Of a stretch of 64,000 bases of DNA, positions 1 through 15,000 are shown piece by piece (the stretch's first letter is position 1; every line of letters begins with the position of its first letter). The DNA is taken from contig NC_087251.1 in assembly GCF_037042905.1 (NCBI RefSeq), forward strand, positions 38,008,001 to 38,072,000, written 5' to 3'. This stretch comes from Lytechinus pictus. Its lineage: Eukaryota. Made by a program: the position numbers and the translations under genes. The notes beneath the pieces are model-generated. The model was given only the letters and a program-made list of their open reading frames with translations, did no database searches and was not told where the DNA came from.

Positions 1-3000
1 CGATTATTACAGCGAGAATCAAGAGAATCAAGAAGATCCAGGGAGTTTGAATTTTCGACCCCCTCGCCCCACCCGCGACATGGAAAATTGGGCAAAATTG
101 GCCAAAATTGAGCAAAATAATATTTGTTCAATATTTCCCCCGAAACCCCCCCAAATCAGCCGTCTTCGCTCCCTGGGATGTTTTAGCATCCTAACCGATT
201 ATTACAGCGAGAATCAAGAGGATCCAGGGAGTTTGAATTTTCGACCCCCTCGCCCCACCCGCGACATGGAAAATTGGGCAAAATTGGGCAAAATTGAGCA
301 AAATAATATTTGTTCAATATTTCCCCCGAAACCCCCCCAAATCAGCCGTCTTCGCTCCCTGGGATGTTTTAACATCCTAACCGATTATTACAGCGAGAAT
401 CAAATGGATCCAGAGAGTTTGAATTTTCGACCCCCTCGCCCCACCCGCGACATGGAAAATTGGGCAAAATTGGCCAAAATTGAGCAAAATAATATTTGTT
501 CAATATTTCCCACGAAACCCCCCCAAATCAGCCGTCTTCGCTCCCTGGGATGTTTTATTATCCTAACCGATTATTACAGCGAGAATCAAGAGAATCAAGA
601 GGATCCAGGAAGTTTGAAATTTCGACCCCCTCGCCCCTACCGCGACATGGAAAATTGGGCAAAATTTGCCAAAATTGAGCAAAATAATATTTGTTCAATA
701 TTTCCCCCGAAACCCCCCCAAATCAGCCGTCTTCGCTCCCTGGGATGTTTTAACATCCTAACCGATTATTACAGCGAGAATCAAATGGATCCAGGGAGTT
801 TGAATTTTCGACCCCCTCGCCCCACCCGCGACATGGAAAATTGGGCAAAATTGGCCAAAATTGAGCAAAATAATATTTGTTCAATAATTCCCCCGAAACC
901 CCCCCAAATCAGCCGTCTTCGCTCCCTGGGATGTTTTAGCATCCTAACCGATTACTACAGCGAGAATCATGAGGATCCAGGGAGTTTGAATTTTTGACCC
1001 CCTCGCCCCACCCGCGACATGGAAAATTGGGCAAAATTGAGCAAAATATTATTTGTTCAATATTTCCCCCGAAACCCCCCCAAATCAGCCGTCGTCGCTC
1101 CCTGGGATGTTTTAGCATCCTAACCGATTACTACAGCGAGAATCATGAGGATCCAGGGAGTTTGAATTTTCGATCCCCTCGCCCCACCCGCGACATGGAA
1201 AATTGGGCAAAATTGGCCAAAATTGAGCAAAATATTATTTGTTCAATATTTCCCCCGAAACCCCCCCAAATCAGCCGTCTTCGCTCCCTGGGATGTTTTA
1301 GCATCCTAACCGATTATTATAGCGAGAATCAAGAGAATCAAGAGGATCCAGGGAGTTTGAATTTTCGACCCCCTCGCCCCACCCGCGACATGGAAAATTG
1401 GGCAAAATTTGCCAAAATTGAGCAAAATAATATTTGTTCAATATTTCCCCCGAAACCCCCCCAAATCAGCCGTCTTCGCTCCCTGGGATGTTTTAGCATC
1501 CTAACCGATTACTACAGCGAGAATCATGAGGATCCAGGGAGTTTGAATTTTCGACCCCCTCGCCCCACCCGCGACATGGAAAATTGGGCAAAATTGGCCA
1601 AAATTGAGCAAAATATTATTTCTTCAATATTTCCCCCGAAACCCCCCAAAATCAGCCGTCGTAGCTCCCTGGGATGTTTTAGCATCCTAACCGATTATTA
1701 CAGCGAGAATCAAGAGAATCAAGAAGATCCAGGGAGTTTGAATTTTCGACCCCCTCGCCCCACCCGCGACATGGAAAATTGGGCAAAATTGGCCAAAATT
1801 GAGCAAAATAATATTTGTTCAATATTTCCCCCGAAACCCCCCCAAATCAGCCGTCTTCGCTCCCTGGGATGTTTTAGCATCCTAACCGATTATTACAGCG
1901 AGAATCAAGAGGATCCAGGGAGTTTGAATTTTCAACCCCCTCGCCCCACCATGGAAAATTGGGCAAAATTGGCAAAAATTGAGCAAAATAATATTTGTTC
2001 AATATTTCCCCGGAAACCCCCCCAAATCAGCCGTCTTCGCTCCCTGGGATGTTTTAACATCCTAACCGATTATTACAGCGAGAATCAAATGGATCCAGGG
2101 AGTTTGAATTTTCGACCCCCTCGCCCCACCCGCGACATGGAAAATTGGGCAAAATTGAGCAAAATAATATTTGTTCAATATTTCCCCCGAAACCCCCCCA
2201 AATCAGCCGTCTTCGCTCCCTGGGATGTTTTATCATCCTAACCGATTATTACAGCGAGAATCAAGAGAATCAAGAGGATCCAGGAAGTTTGAATTTTCGA
2301 CCCCCTCGCCCCACCCGCGACATGGAAAATTGGGCAAAATTTGCCAAAATTGAGCAAAATAATATTTGTTCAATATTTCCCCCGAAACCCCCCCAAATCA
2401 GCCGTCTTCGCTCCCTGGGATGTTTTAACATCCTAACCGATTATTACAGCGAGAATCAAATGGATCCAGGGAGTTTGAATTTTCGACCCCCTCGCCCCAC
2501 CCGCGACATGGAAAATTGGGCAAAATTGGCCAAAATTGAGCAAAATAATATTTGTTCAATAATTCCCCCGAAACCCCCCCAAATCAGCCGTCTTCGCTCC
2601 CTGGGATGTTTTAGCATCCTAACCGATTACTACAGCGAGAATCATGAGGATCCAGGGAGTTTGAATTTTTGACCCCCTCGCCCCACCCGCGACATGGAAA
2701 ATTGGGCAAAATTGAGCAAAATATTATTTGTTCAATATTTCCCCCGAAACCCCCCCAAATCAGCCGTCGTCGCTCCCTGGGATGTTTTAGCATCCTAACC
2801 GATTACTACAGCGAGAATCATGAGGATCCAGGGAGTTTGAATTTTCGATCCCCTCGCCCCACCCGCGACATGGAAAATTGGGCAAAATTGGCCAAAATTG
2901 AGCAAAATATTATTTGTTCAATATTTCCCCCGAAACCCCCCCAAATCAGCCGTCTTCGCTCCCTGGGATGTTTTAGCATCCTAACCGATTATTATAGCGA

Positions 3001-6000
3001 GAATCAAGAGAATCAAGAGGATCCAGGGAGTTTGAATTTTCGACCCCCTCGCCCCACCCGCGACATGGAAAATTGGGCAAAATTTGCCAAAATTGAGCAA
3101 AATAATATTTGTTCAATATTTCCCCCGAAACCCCCCCAAATCAGCCGTCTTCGCTCCCTGGGATGTTTTAGCATCCTAACCGATTACTACAGCGAGAATC
3201 ATGAGGATCCAGGGAGTTTGAATTTTCGACCCCCTCGCCCCACCCGCGACATGGAAAATTGGGCAAAATTGGCCAAAATTGAGCAAAATATTATTTCTTC
3301 AATATTTCCCCCGAAACCCCCCAAAATCAGCCGTCGTAGCTCCCTGGGATGTTTTAGCATCCTAACCGATTATTACAGCGAGAATCAAGAGAATCAAGAA
3401 GATCCAGGGAGTTTGAATTTTCGACCCCCTCGCCCCACCCGCGACATGGAAAATTGGGCAAAATTGGCCAAAATTGAGCAAAATAATATTTGTTCAATAT
3501 TTCCCCCGAAACCCCCCCAAATCAGCCGTCTTCGCTCCCTGGGATGTTTTAGCATCCTAACCGATTATTACAGCGAGAATCAAGAGGATCCAGGGAGTTT
3601 GAATTTTCAACCCCCTCGCCCCACCATGGAAAATTGGGCAAAATTGGCAAAAATTGAGCAAAATAATATTTGTTCAATATTTCCCCGGAAACCCCCCCAA
3701 ATCAGCCGTCTTCGCTCCCTGGGATGTTTTAACATCCTAACCGATTATTACAGCGAGAATCAAATGGATCCAGGGAGTTTGAATTTTCGACCCCCTCGCC
3801 CCACCCGCGACATGGAAAATTGGGCAAAATTGAGCAAAATAATATTTGTTCAATATTTCCCCCGAAACCCCCCCAAATCAGCCGTCTTCGCTCCCTGGGA
3901 TGTTTTATCATCCTAACCGATTATTACAGCGAGAATCAAGAGAATCAAGAGGATCCAGGAAGTTTGAATTTTCGACCCCCTCGCCCCACCCGCGACATGG
4001 AAAATTGGGCAAAATTTGCCAAAATTGAGCAAAATAATATTTGTTCAATATTTCCCCCGAAACCCCCCCAAATCAGCCGTCTTCGCTCCCTGGGATGTTT
4101 TAACATCCTAACCGATTATTACAGCGAGAATCAAATGGATCCAGGGAGTTTGAATTTTCGACCCCCTCGCCCCACCCGCGACATGGAAAATTGGGCAAAA
4201 TTGGCCAAAATTGAGCAAAATAATATTTGTTCAATAATTCCCTCGAAACCCCCCCAAATCAGCCGTCTTCGCTCCCTGGGATGTTTTAGCATCCTAACCG
4301 ATTACTACAGCGAGAATCATGAGGATCCAGGGAGTTTGAATTTTCGACCCCCTCGCCCCACCCGCGACATGGAAAATTGGGCAAAATTGAGCAAAATATT
4401 ATTTGTTCAATATTTCCCCCGAAACCCCCCCAAATCAGCCGTCGTCGCTCCCTGGGATGTTTTAGCATCCTAACCGATTACTACAGCGAGAATCATGAGG
4501 ATCCAGGGAGTTTGAATTTTCGACCCCCTCGCCCCACCCGCGACATGGAAAATTGGGCAAAATTGGCCAAAATTGAGCAAAATATTATTTGTTCAATATT
4601 TCCCCCGAAACCCCCCCAAATCAGCCGTCTTCGCTCCCTGGGATGTTTTAGCATCCTAACCGATTATTACAGCGAGAATCAAGAGAATCAAGACGATCCA
4701 AGGAGTTTGAATTTTCGACCCCCTCGCCCCACCCGCGACATGGAAAATTGGGCAAAATTGGCCAAAATTGAGCAAAATAATATTTGTTCAATATTTCCCC
4801 CCAAACCCCCCCAAATCAGCCGTCTTCACTCCCTGGGATGTTTTAGCATCCTAACCGATTATTACAGCGAGAATCAAGAGGATCCAGGGAGTTTGAATTT
4901 TCGACCCCCTCGCCCCACCCGCAACATGGAAAATTGGGCAAAATTGGCCAAAATTGAGCAAAACATTATTTGTTCAATATTTCCCCCGAAACCCCCCCAA
5001 ATCAGCCGTCGTAGCTCCCTGGGATGTTTTAGCATCCTAACCGATTATTACAGCGAGAATCAAGAGGATCCAGGGAGTTTGAATTTTCGTCCCCCTCGCG
5101 ATGGAAAATTGGGCAAAATTGGCCAAAATTGAGCAAAATATTATTTGTTCAATATTTCCCCCAAAACCCCCCCAAATCAGCCGTCTTTGCTCCCTGGGAT
5201 GTTTTAGCATCCTAACCGATTATTACAGCGAGAATCAAGAGAATCAAGACGATCCAAGGAGTTTGAATTTTCGACCCCCTCGCCCCACCCGCGACATGGA
5301 AAATTGGGCAAAATTGAGCAAAATATTATTTGTTCAATATTTCCCCCGAAACCCCCCCAAATCAGCCGTCGTCGCTCCCTGGGATGTTTTAGCATCCTAA
5401 CCGATTACTACAGCGAGAATCATGAGGATCCAGGGAGTTTGAATTTTCGACCCCCTCGCCCCACCCGCGACATGGAAAATTGGGCAAAATTGGCCAAAAT
5501 TGAGCAAAATATTATTTGTTCAATATTTCCCCCGAAACCCCCCCAAATCAGCCGTCTTCGCTCCCTGGGATGTTTTAGCATCCTAACCGATTATTACAGC
5601 GAGAATCAAGAGAATCAAGACGATCCAAGGAGTTTGAATTTTCGACCCCCTCGCCCCACCCGCGACATGGAAAATTGGGCAAAATTGGCCAAAATTGAGC
5701 AAAATAATATTTGTTCAATATTTCCCCCCAAACCCCCCCCAAATCAGCCGTCTTCACTCCCTGGGATGTTTTAGCATCCTAACCGATTATTACAGCGAGA
5801 ATCAAGAGGATCCAGGGAGTTTGAATTTTCGACCCCCTCGCCCCACCCGCGACATGGAAAATTGGGCAAAATTGGCCAAAATTGAGCAAAACATTATTTG
5901 TTCAATATTTCCCCCGAAACCCCCCCAAATCAGCCGTCGTAGCTCCCTGGGATGTTTTAGCATCCTAACCTATTATTACAGCGAGAATCAAGAGGATCCA

Positions 6001-9000
6001 GGGAGTTTGAATTTTCGTCCCCCTCGCGATGGAAAATTGGGCAAAATTGGCCAAAATTGAGCAAAATATTATTTGTTCAATATTTCCCCCGAAACCCCCC
6101 CAAATCAGCCGTCATCGCTCCCTGGGATGTTTGAGCATCCTAACCGATTATTACAGCGAGAATCAAGAGAATCAAGACGATCCAAGGAGTTTGAATTTTC
6201 GACCCCCTCGCCCCACCCGCGACATGGAAAATTGGGCAAAATTGGGCAAAATTGAGCAAAATATTATTTGTTCAATATTTCCCCCGAAACCCCCCCAAAT
6301 CAGCCGTCTTAGCTCCCTGGGATGTTTTAGCATCCTAACCGATTATTACAGCGAGAATCAAGAGGATCCAGGGAGTTTGAATTTTCGTCCCTCTCGCGAT
6401 GGAAAATTGGGCAAAATTGGCCAAAATTGAGCAAAATATTATTTGTTCAATATTTCCCCCGAAACCCCCCCAAATCAGCCGTCTTCGCTCCCTGGGATGT
6501 TTTAGCATCCTAACCGATTATTACAGCGAGAATCAAGAGAATCAAGACGATCCAAGGAGTTTGAATTTTCGACCCCCTCGCCCCACCCGCGACATGGAAA
6601 ATTGGGCAAAATTGGCCAAAATTGAGCAAGTTAATATTTGTTCAATATTTCCCCCCAAACCCCCCCCCAAATCAGCCGTCTTCACTCCCTGGGATGTTTT
6701 AGCATCCTAACCGATTATTACAAAGAGAATCAAGAGGATCCAGGGAGTTTGAATTTTCGACCCCCTCGCCCCACCCGCGACATGGAAAATTGGGCAAAAT
6801 TGGGCAAAATTGAGCAAAATATTATTTGTTCAATATTTCCCCCGAAACCCCCCCAAATCAGCCGTCGTAGCTCCCTGGGATGTTTTAGCATCCTAACCGA
6901 TTATTACAGCGAGAATCAAGAGGATCCAGGGAGTTTGAATTTTCGTCCCCCTCGCGATGGAAAATTGGGCAAAATTGGCCAAAATTGAGCAAAATATTAT
7001 TTGTTCAATATTTCCCCCGAAACCCCCCCAAATCAGCCGTCGTAGCTCCCTGGGATGTTTTAGCATCCTAACCGATTATTACAGCGAGAATCAAGAGAAT
7101 CAAGACGATCCAGGGAGTTTGAATTTTCGACCCCCTCGCCCCACCCGCGACATGGAAAATTGGGCAAAATTGGCCAAAATTGAGCAAAATAATATTTGTT
7201 CAATATTTCCCCCGAACCCCCCCCCCAAATCAGCCGTCTTCGCTCCCTGGGATGTTTTAGCATCCTAACCGATTATTACAGCGAGAATCAAGAGGATCCA
7301 GGGAGTTTGAATTTTCGACCCCCTCGCCCCACCCGCGACATGGAAAATTGGGCAAAATTGGCCAAAATTGAGCAAAATATTATTTGTTCAATATTTCCCC
7401 CGAAACCCCCCCAAATCAGCCGTCGTAGCTCCCTGGGATGTTTTAGCATCCTAACCGATTATTACAGCGAGAATCAAGAGGATCCAGGGAGTTTGAATTT
7501 TCGTTCCCCTCGCGATGGAATTTTTGGGCAAAATTGGGCAAAATAATATTTGTTCAATATTTCCCCCGAAACCCCCCCAAATCAGCCGTCTTCGCTCCCT
7601 GGGATGTTTTAGCATCCTAACCGATTATGACAGCGAGAATCAAGAGAATCAAGACGATCCAGGGAGTTTGAATTTTCGACCCCCTCGCCCCACCCGCGAC
7701 ATGGAAAATTGGGCAAAATTGGCCAAAATTGAGCAAAATATTATTTCTTCAATATTTCCCCCAAAACCCCCCCAAATCAGCCGTCGTCGCTCCCTGGGAT
7801 GTTTTAGCATCCTAACCGATTATCACAGCGAGAATCAAATGGATCCAGGGAGTTTGAATTTTCGACCCCCTCGCCCCACCCGCGAGATGGAAAATTGGGC
7901 AAAATTGGCCAAAATTGAGCAAAATATTATTTGTTCAATATTTCCCCCCAAACCCCCCGAAATCAGCCGTCTTCACTTCCTGGGATGTTTTAGCATCCTA
8001 ACCGATTATTACAGCGAGAATCAAGAGGATCCAGGGAGTTTGAATTTTCGACCCCCTCGCCCCACCCGCGACATGGAAAATTGGGCAAAATTTGCCAAAA
8101 TTGAGCAAAATATTATTTGTTCAATATTTCCCACGAAACCCCCCCAAATCAGCCGTCTTCGCTCCCTGGGATGTTTTATCATCCTAACCGATTATTACAG
8201 CGAGAATCAAGAGAATCAAGAAGATCCAGGAAGTTTGAATTTTCGACCCCCTCGCCCCACCCGCGACATGGAAAATTGGGCAAAATTTGCCAAAATTGAG
8301 CAAAATATTATTTGTTCAATATTTCCCCCGAAACCCCCCCAAATCAGCCGTCGTAGCTCCCTGGGATGTTTTAGCATCCTAACCGATTATTACAGCGAGA
8401 ATCAAGAGGATCCAGGGAGTTTGAATTTTCGTCCCCCTCGCGATGGAAAATTGGGCAAAATTTGCCAAAATTGAGCAAAATAATATTTGTTCAATATTTC
8501 CCCCGAAACCCCCCCAAATCAGCCGTCTTCGCTCCCTGGGATGTTTTAACATCCTAACCGATTATTACAGCGAGAATCAAATGGATCCAGGGAGTTTGAA
8601 TTTTCGACCCCCTCGCCCCACCCGCGACATGGAAAATTGGGCAAAATTGGCCAAAATTGAGCAAAATAATATTTGTTCAATAATTCCCCCGAAACCCCCC
8701 CAAATCAGCCGTCTTCGCTCCCTGGGATGTTTTAGCATCCTAACCGATTACTACAGCGAGAATCATGAGGATCCAGGGAGTTTGAATTTTCGACCCCCTC
8801 GCCCCACCCGCGACATGGAAAATTGGGCAAAATTGAGCAAAATATTATTTGTTCAATATTTCCCCCGAAACCCCCCCAAATCAGCCGTCTTCGCTCCCTG
8901 GGATGTTTTAGCATCCTAACCGATTATTACAGCGAGAATCAAGAGGATCCAGGGAGTTTGAATTTTCGACCCCCTCGCCCCACCCGCGACATGGAAAATT

Positions 9001-12000
9001 GGGCAAAATTGGCCAAAATTGAGCAAAATATTATTTGTTCAATATTTCCCCCGAAACCCCCCCAAATCAGCCGTCGTAGCTCCCTGGGATGTTTTAGCAT
9101 CCTAACCGATTATTACAGCGAGAATCAAGAGGATCCAGGGAGTTTGAATTTTCGTCCCCCTCGCGATGGAAAATTGGGCAAAATTGGCCAAAATTGAGCA
9201 AAATATTATTTGTTCAATATTTCCCCCGAAACCCCCCCAAATCAGCCGTCGTAGCTCCCTGGGATGTTTTAGCATCCTAACCGATTATTACAGCGAGAAT
9301 CATGAGAATCAAGACGATCCAGGGAGTTTGAATTTTCGACCCCCTCGCCCCACCCGCGACATGGAAAATTGGGCAAAATTGGCCAAAATTGAGCAAAATA
9401 ATATTTGTTCAATATTTCCCCCGACCCCCCCCCAAATCAGCCGTCTTCGCTCCTTGGGATGTTTTAACATCCTAACCGATTATTACAGCGAGAATCAAAT
9501 GGATCCAGGGAGTTTGAATTTTCGACCCCCTCGCCCCACCCGCGAGATGGAAAATTGGGCAAAATTGGCCAAAATTGAGCAAAATATTATTTGTTCAATA
9601 TTTCCCCCCAAACCCCCCGAAATCAGCCGTCTTCACTTCCTGGGATGTTTTAGCATCCTAACCGATTATTACAGCGAGAATCAAGAGGATCCAGGGAGTT
9701 TGAATTTTCGACCCCCTCGCCCCACCCGCGACATGGAAAATTGGGCAAAATTTGCCAAAATTGAGCAAAATATTATTTGTTCAATATTTCCCACGAAACC
9801 CCCCCAAATCAGCCGTCTTCGCTCCCTGGGATGTTTTATCATCCTAACCGATTATTACAGCGAGAATCAAGAGAATCAAGAAGATCCAGGAAGTTTGAAT
9901 TTTCGACCCCCTCGCCCCACCCGCGACATGGAAAATTGGGCAAAATTTGCCAAAATTGAGCAAAATATTATTTGTTCAATATTTCCCCCGAAACCCCCCC
10001 AAATCAGCCGTCGTAGCTCCCTGGGATGTTTTAGCATCCTAACCGATTATTACAGCGAGAATCAAGAGGATCCAGGGAGTTTGAATTTTCGTCCCCCTCG
10101 CGATGGAAAATTGGGCAAAATTTGCCAAAATTGAGCAAAATAATATTTGTTCAATATTTCCCCCGAAACCCCCCCAAATCAGCCGTCTTCGCTCCCTGGG
10201 ATGTTTTAACATCCTAACCGATTATTACAGCGAGAATCAAATGGATCCAGGGAGTTTGAATTTTCGACCCCCTCGCCCCACCCGCGACATGGAAAATTGG
10301 GCAAAATTGGCCAAAATTGAGCAAAATAATATTTGTTCAATAATTCCCCCGAAACCCCCCCAAATCAGCCGTCTTCGCTCCCTGGGATGTTTTAGCATCC
10401 TAACCGATTACTACAGCGAGAATCATGAGGATCCAGGGAGTTTGAATTTTCGACCCCCTCGCCCCACCCGCGACATGGAAAATTGGGCAAAATTGAGCAA
10501 AATATTATTTGTTCAATATTTCCCCCGAAACCCCCCCAAATCAGCCGTCGTCGCTCCCTGGGATGTTTTAGCATCCTAACCGATTACTACAGCGAGAATC
10601 ATGAGAGTCCAGGGAGTTTGAATTTTAGACCCCCTCGCCCCACCCGCGACATGGAAAATTGGGCAAAATTGGCCAAAATTGGCCAAAATTGAGCAAAATA
10701 TTATTTGTTCAACATTTCCCCCGAAACCCCCCCAAATCAGCCGTCTTCGCTCCCTGGGATGTTTTAGCATCCTAACCGATTATTACAGCGAGAATCAAGA
10801 GGATCCAGGGAGTTTGAATTTTCGTCCCCCTCGCGATGGAAAATTGGGCAAAATTGGCCAAAATTGAGCAAAATATTATTGGTTCAATATTTCCCCCGAA
10901 ACCCCCCCAAATCAGCCGTCGTAGCTCCCTGGGATGTTTTAGCATCCTAACCGATTATTACAGCGAGAATCAAGAGAATCAAGACGATCCAGGGAGTTTG
11001 AATTTTCGACCCCCTCGCCCCACCCGCGACATGGAAAATTGGGCAAAATTGGCCAAAATTGAGCAAAATAATATTTGTTCAATATTTCCCCCGAACCCCC
11101 CCCAAATCAGCCGTCTTCGCTCCTTGGGATGTTTTAACATCCTAACCGATTATTACAGCGAGAATCAAATGGATCCAGGGAGTTTGAATTTTCGACCCCC
11201 TCGCCCCACCCGCGACATGGAAAATTGGGCAAAATTGGCCAAAATTGAGCAAAATAATATTTGTTCAATAATTCCCCCGAAACCCCCCCAAATCAGCCGT
11301 CTTCGCTCCCTGGGATGTTTTAGCATCCTAACCGATTACTACAGCGAGAATCATGAGGATTCAGGGAGTTTGAATTTTCGACCCCCTCGCCCCACCCGCG
11401 ACATGGAAAATTGGGCAAAATTGAGCAAAATATTATTTGTTCAATATTTCCCCCGAAACCCCCCCAAATCAGCCGTCGTCGCTCCCTGGGATGTTTTAGC
11501 ATCCTAACCGATTACTACAGCGAGAATCATGAGAGTCCAGGTAGTTTGAATTTTAGACCCCCTCGCCCCACCCGCAACATGGAAAATTGGGCAAAATTGG
11601 CCAAAATTGAGCAAAATATTATTTGTTCAATATTTCCCCCCAAACCCCCCGAAATCAGCCGTCTTCACTTCCTGGGATGTTTTAGCATCCTAACCGATTA
11701 TTACAGCGAAAATCAAGAGGATCCAGGGAGTTTGAATTTTCGACCCCCTCGCCCCACCCGCTACATGGAAAATTGGGCAAAATTTGCCAAAATTGAGCAA
11801 AATATTATTTGTTCAATACTGTATTTCCCCCGAAACCCCCCCAAATCAGCCGTCTTCGCTCCCTGGGATGTTTTAACATCCTAACCGATTATTACAGCGA
11901 GAATCAAATGGATCCAGGGAGTTTGAATTTTCGACCCCCTCGCCCCACCCGCGACATGGAAAATTGGGCAAAATTGGCCAAAATTGAGCAAAATAATATT

Positions 12001-15000
12001 TGTTCAATAATTCCCCCGAAACCCCCCCAAATCAGCCGTCTTCGCTCCCTGGGATGTTTTAGCATCCTAACCGATTACTACAGCGAGAATCATGAGGATC
12101 CAGGGAGTTTGAATTTTCGACCCCCTCGCCCCACCCGCGACATGGAAAATTGGGCAAAATTGAGCAAAATATTATTTGTTCAATATTTCCCCCGAAACCC
12201 CCCCAAATCAGCCGTCGTCGCTCCCTGGGATGTTTTAGCATCCTAACCGATTACTACAGCGAGAATCATGAGAGTCCAGGGAGTTTGAATTTTAGACCCC
12301 CTCGCCCCACCCGCAACATGGAAAATTGGGCAAAATTGGCCAAAATTGAGCAAAATATTATTTGTTCAACATTTCCCCCGAAACCCCCCCAAATCAGCCG
12401 TCTTCGCTCCCTGGGATGTTTTAGCATCCTAACCGATTATTACAGCGAGAATCAAGAGAATCAAGACGATCCAAGGAGTTTGAATTTTCGACCCCCTCGC
12501 CCCACCCGCGACATGGAAAATTGGGCAAAATTGGCCAAAATTGAGCAAAATAATATTTGTTCAATATTTCCCCCCAAACCCCCCCAAATCAGCCGTCTTC
12601 ACTCCCTGGGATGTTTTAGCATCCTAACCGATTATTACAGCGAGAATCAAGAGGATCCAGGGAGTTTGAATTTTCGACCCCCTCGCCCCACCCGCGACAT
12701 GGAAAATTGGGCAAAATTGGCCAAAATTGAGCAAAATATTATTTGTTCAATATTTCCCCCGAAACCCCCCCAAATCAGCCGTCGTAGCTCCCTGGGATGT
12801 TTTAGCATCCTAACCGATTATTACAGCGAGAATCAAGAGGATCCAGGGAGTTTGAATTTTAGTCCCCCTCGCGATGGAAAATTGGGCAAAATTGGCCAAA
12901 ATTGAGCAAAATATTATTTGTTCAATATTTCCCCCGAAACCCCCCCAAATCAGCCGTCGTAGCTCCCTGGGATGTTTTAGCATCCTAACCGATTATTACA
13001 GCGAGAATCAAGAGAATCAAGACGATCCAGGGAGTTTGAATTTTCGACCCCCTCGCCCCACCCGCGACATGGAAAATTGGGCAAAATTGGCCAAAATTGA
13101 GCAAAATAATATTTGTTCAATATTTCCCCCGAACCCCCCCCAAATCAGCCGTCTTCGCTCCTTGGGATGTTTTAACATCCTAACCGATTATTACAGCGAG
13201 AATCAAATGGATCCAGGGAGTTTGAATTTTCGACCCCCTCGCCCCACCCGCGAGATGGAAAATTGGGCAAAATTGGCCAAAATTGAGCAAAATATTATTT
13301 GTTCAATATTTCCCCCCAAACCCCCCGAAATCAGCCGTCTTCACTTCCTGGGATGTTTTAGCATCCTAACCGATTATTACAGCGAGAATCAAGAGGATCC
13401 AGGGAGTTTGAATTTTCGACCCCCTCGCCCCACCCGCGACATGGAAAATTGGGCAAAATTTGCCAAAATTGAGCAAAATATTATTTGTTCAATATTTCCC
13501 ACGAAACCCCCCCAAATCAGCCGTCTTCGCTCCCTGGGATGTTTTATCATCCTAACCGATTATTACAGCGAGAATCAAGAGAATCAAGAAGATCCAGGAA
13601 GTTTGAATTTTCGACCCCCTCGCCCCACCCGCGACATGGAAAATTGGGCAAAATTTGCCAAAATTGAGCAAAATATTATTTGTTCAATATTTCCCCCGAA
13701 ACCCCCCCAAATCAGCCGTCGTAGCTCCCTGGGATGTTTTAGCATCCTAACCGATTATTACAGCGAGAATCAAGAGGATCCAGGGAGTTTGAATTTTCGT
13801 CCCCCTCGCGATGGAAAATTGGGCAAAATTTGCCAAAATTGAGCAAAATAATATTTGTTCAATATTTCCCCCGAAACCCCCCCAAATCAGCCGTCTTCGC
13901 TCCCTGGGATGTTTTAACATCCTAACCGATTATTACAGCGAGAATCAAATGGATCCAGGGAGTTTGAATTTTCGACCCCCTCGCCCCACCCGCGACATGG
14001 AAAATTGGGCAAAATTGGCCAAAATTGAGCAAAATAATATTTGTTCAATAATTCCCCCGAAACCCCCCCAAATCAGGCGTCTTCGCTCCCTGGGATGTTT
14101 TAGCATCCTAACCGATTACTACAGCGAGAATCATGAGGATCCAGGGAGTTTGAATTTTCGACCCCCTCGCCCCACCCGCGACATGGAAAATTGGGCAAAA
14201 TTGAGCAAAATATTATTTGTTCAATATTTCCCCCGAAACCCCCCCAAATCAGCCGTCGTCGCTCCCTGGGATGTTTTAGCATCCTAACCGATTACTACAG
14301 CGAGAATCATGAGAGTCCAGGGAGTTTGAATTTTAGACCCCCTCGCCCCACCCGCAACATGGAAAATTGGGCAAAATTGGCCAAAATTGAGCAAAATATT
14401 ATTTGTTCAACATTTCCCCCGAAACCCCCCCAAATCAGCCGTCTTCGCTCCCTGGGATGTTTTAGCATCCTAACCGATTATTACAGCGAGAATCAAGAGA
14501 ATCAAGACGATCCAAGGAGTTTGAATTTTCGACCCCCTCGCCCCACCCGCGACATGGAAAATTGGGCAAAATTGGCCAAAATTGAGCAAAATAATATTTG
14601 TTCAATATTTCCCCCCAAACCCCCCCAAATCAGCCGTCTTCACTCCCTGGGATGTTTTAGCATCCTAACCGATTATTACAGCGAGAATCAAGAGGATCCA
14701 GGGAGTTTGAATTTTCGACCCCCTCGCCCCACCCGCGACATGGAAAATTGGGCAAAATTGGCCAAAATTGAGCAAAATATTATTTGTTCAATATTTCCCC
14801 CGAAACCCCCCCAAATCAGCCGTCGTAGCTCCCTGGGATGTTTTAGCATCCTAACCGATTATTACAGCGAGAATCAAGAGGATCCAGGGAGTTTGAATTT
14901 TCGTCCCCCTCGCGATGGAAAATTGGGCAAAATTGGCCAAAATTGAGCAAAATATTATTTGTTCAATATTTCCCCCGAAACCCCCCCAAATCAGCCGTCG

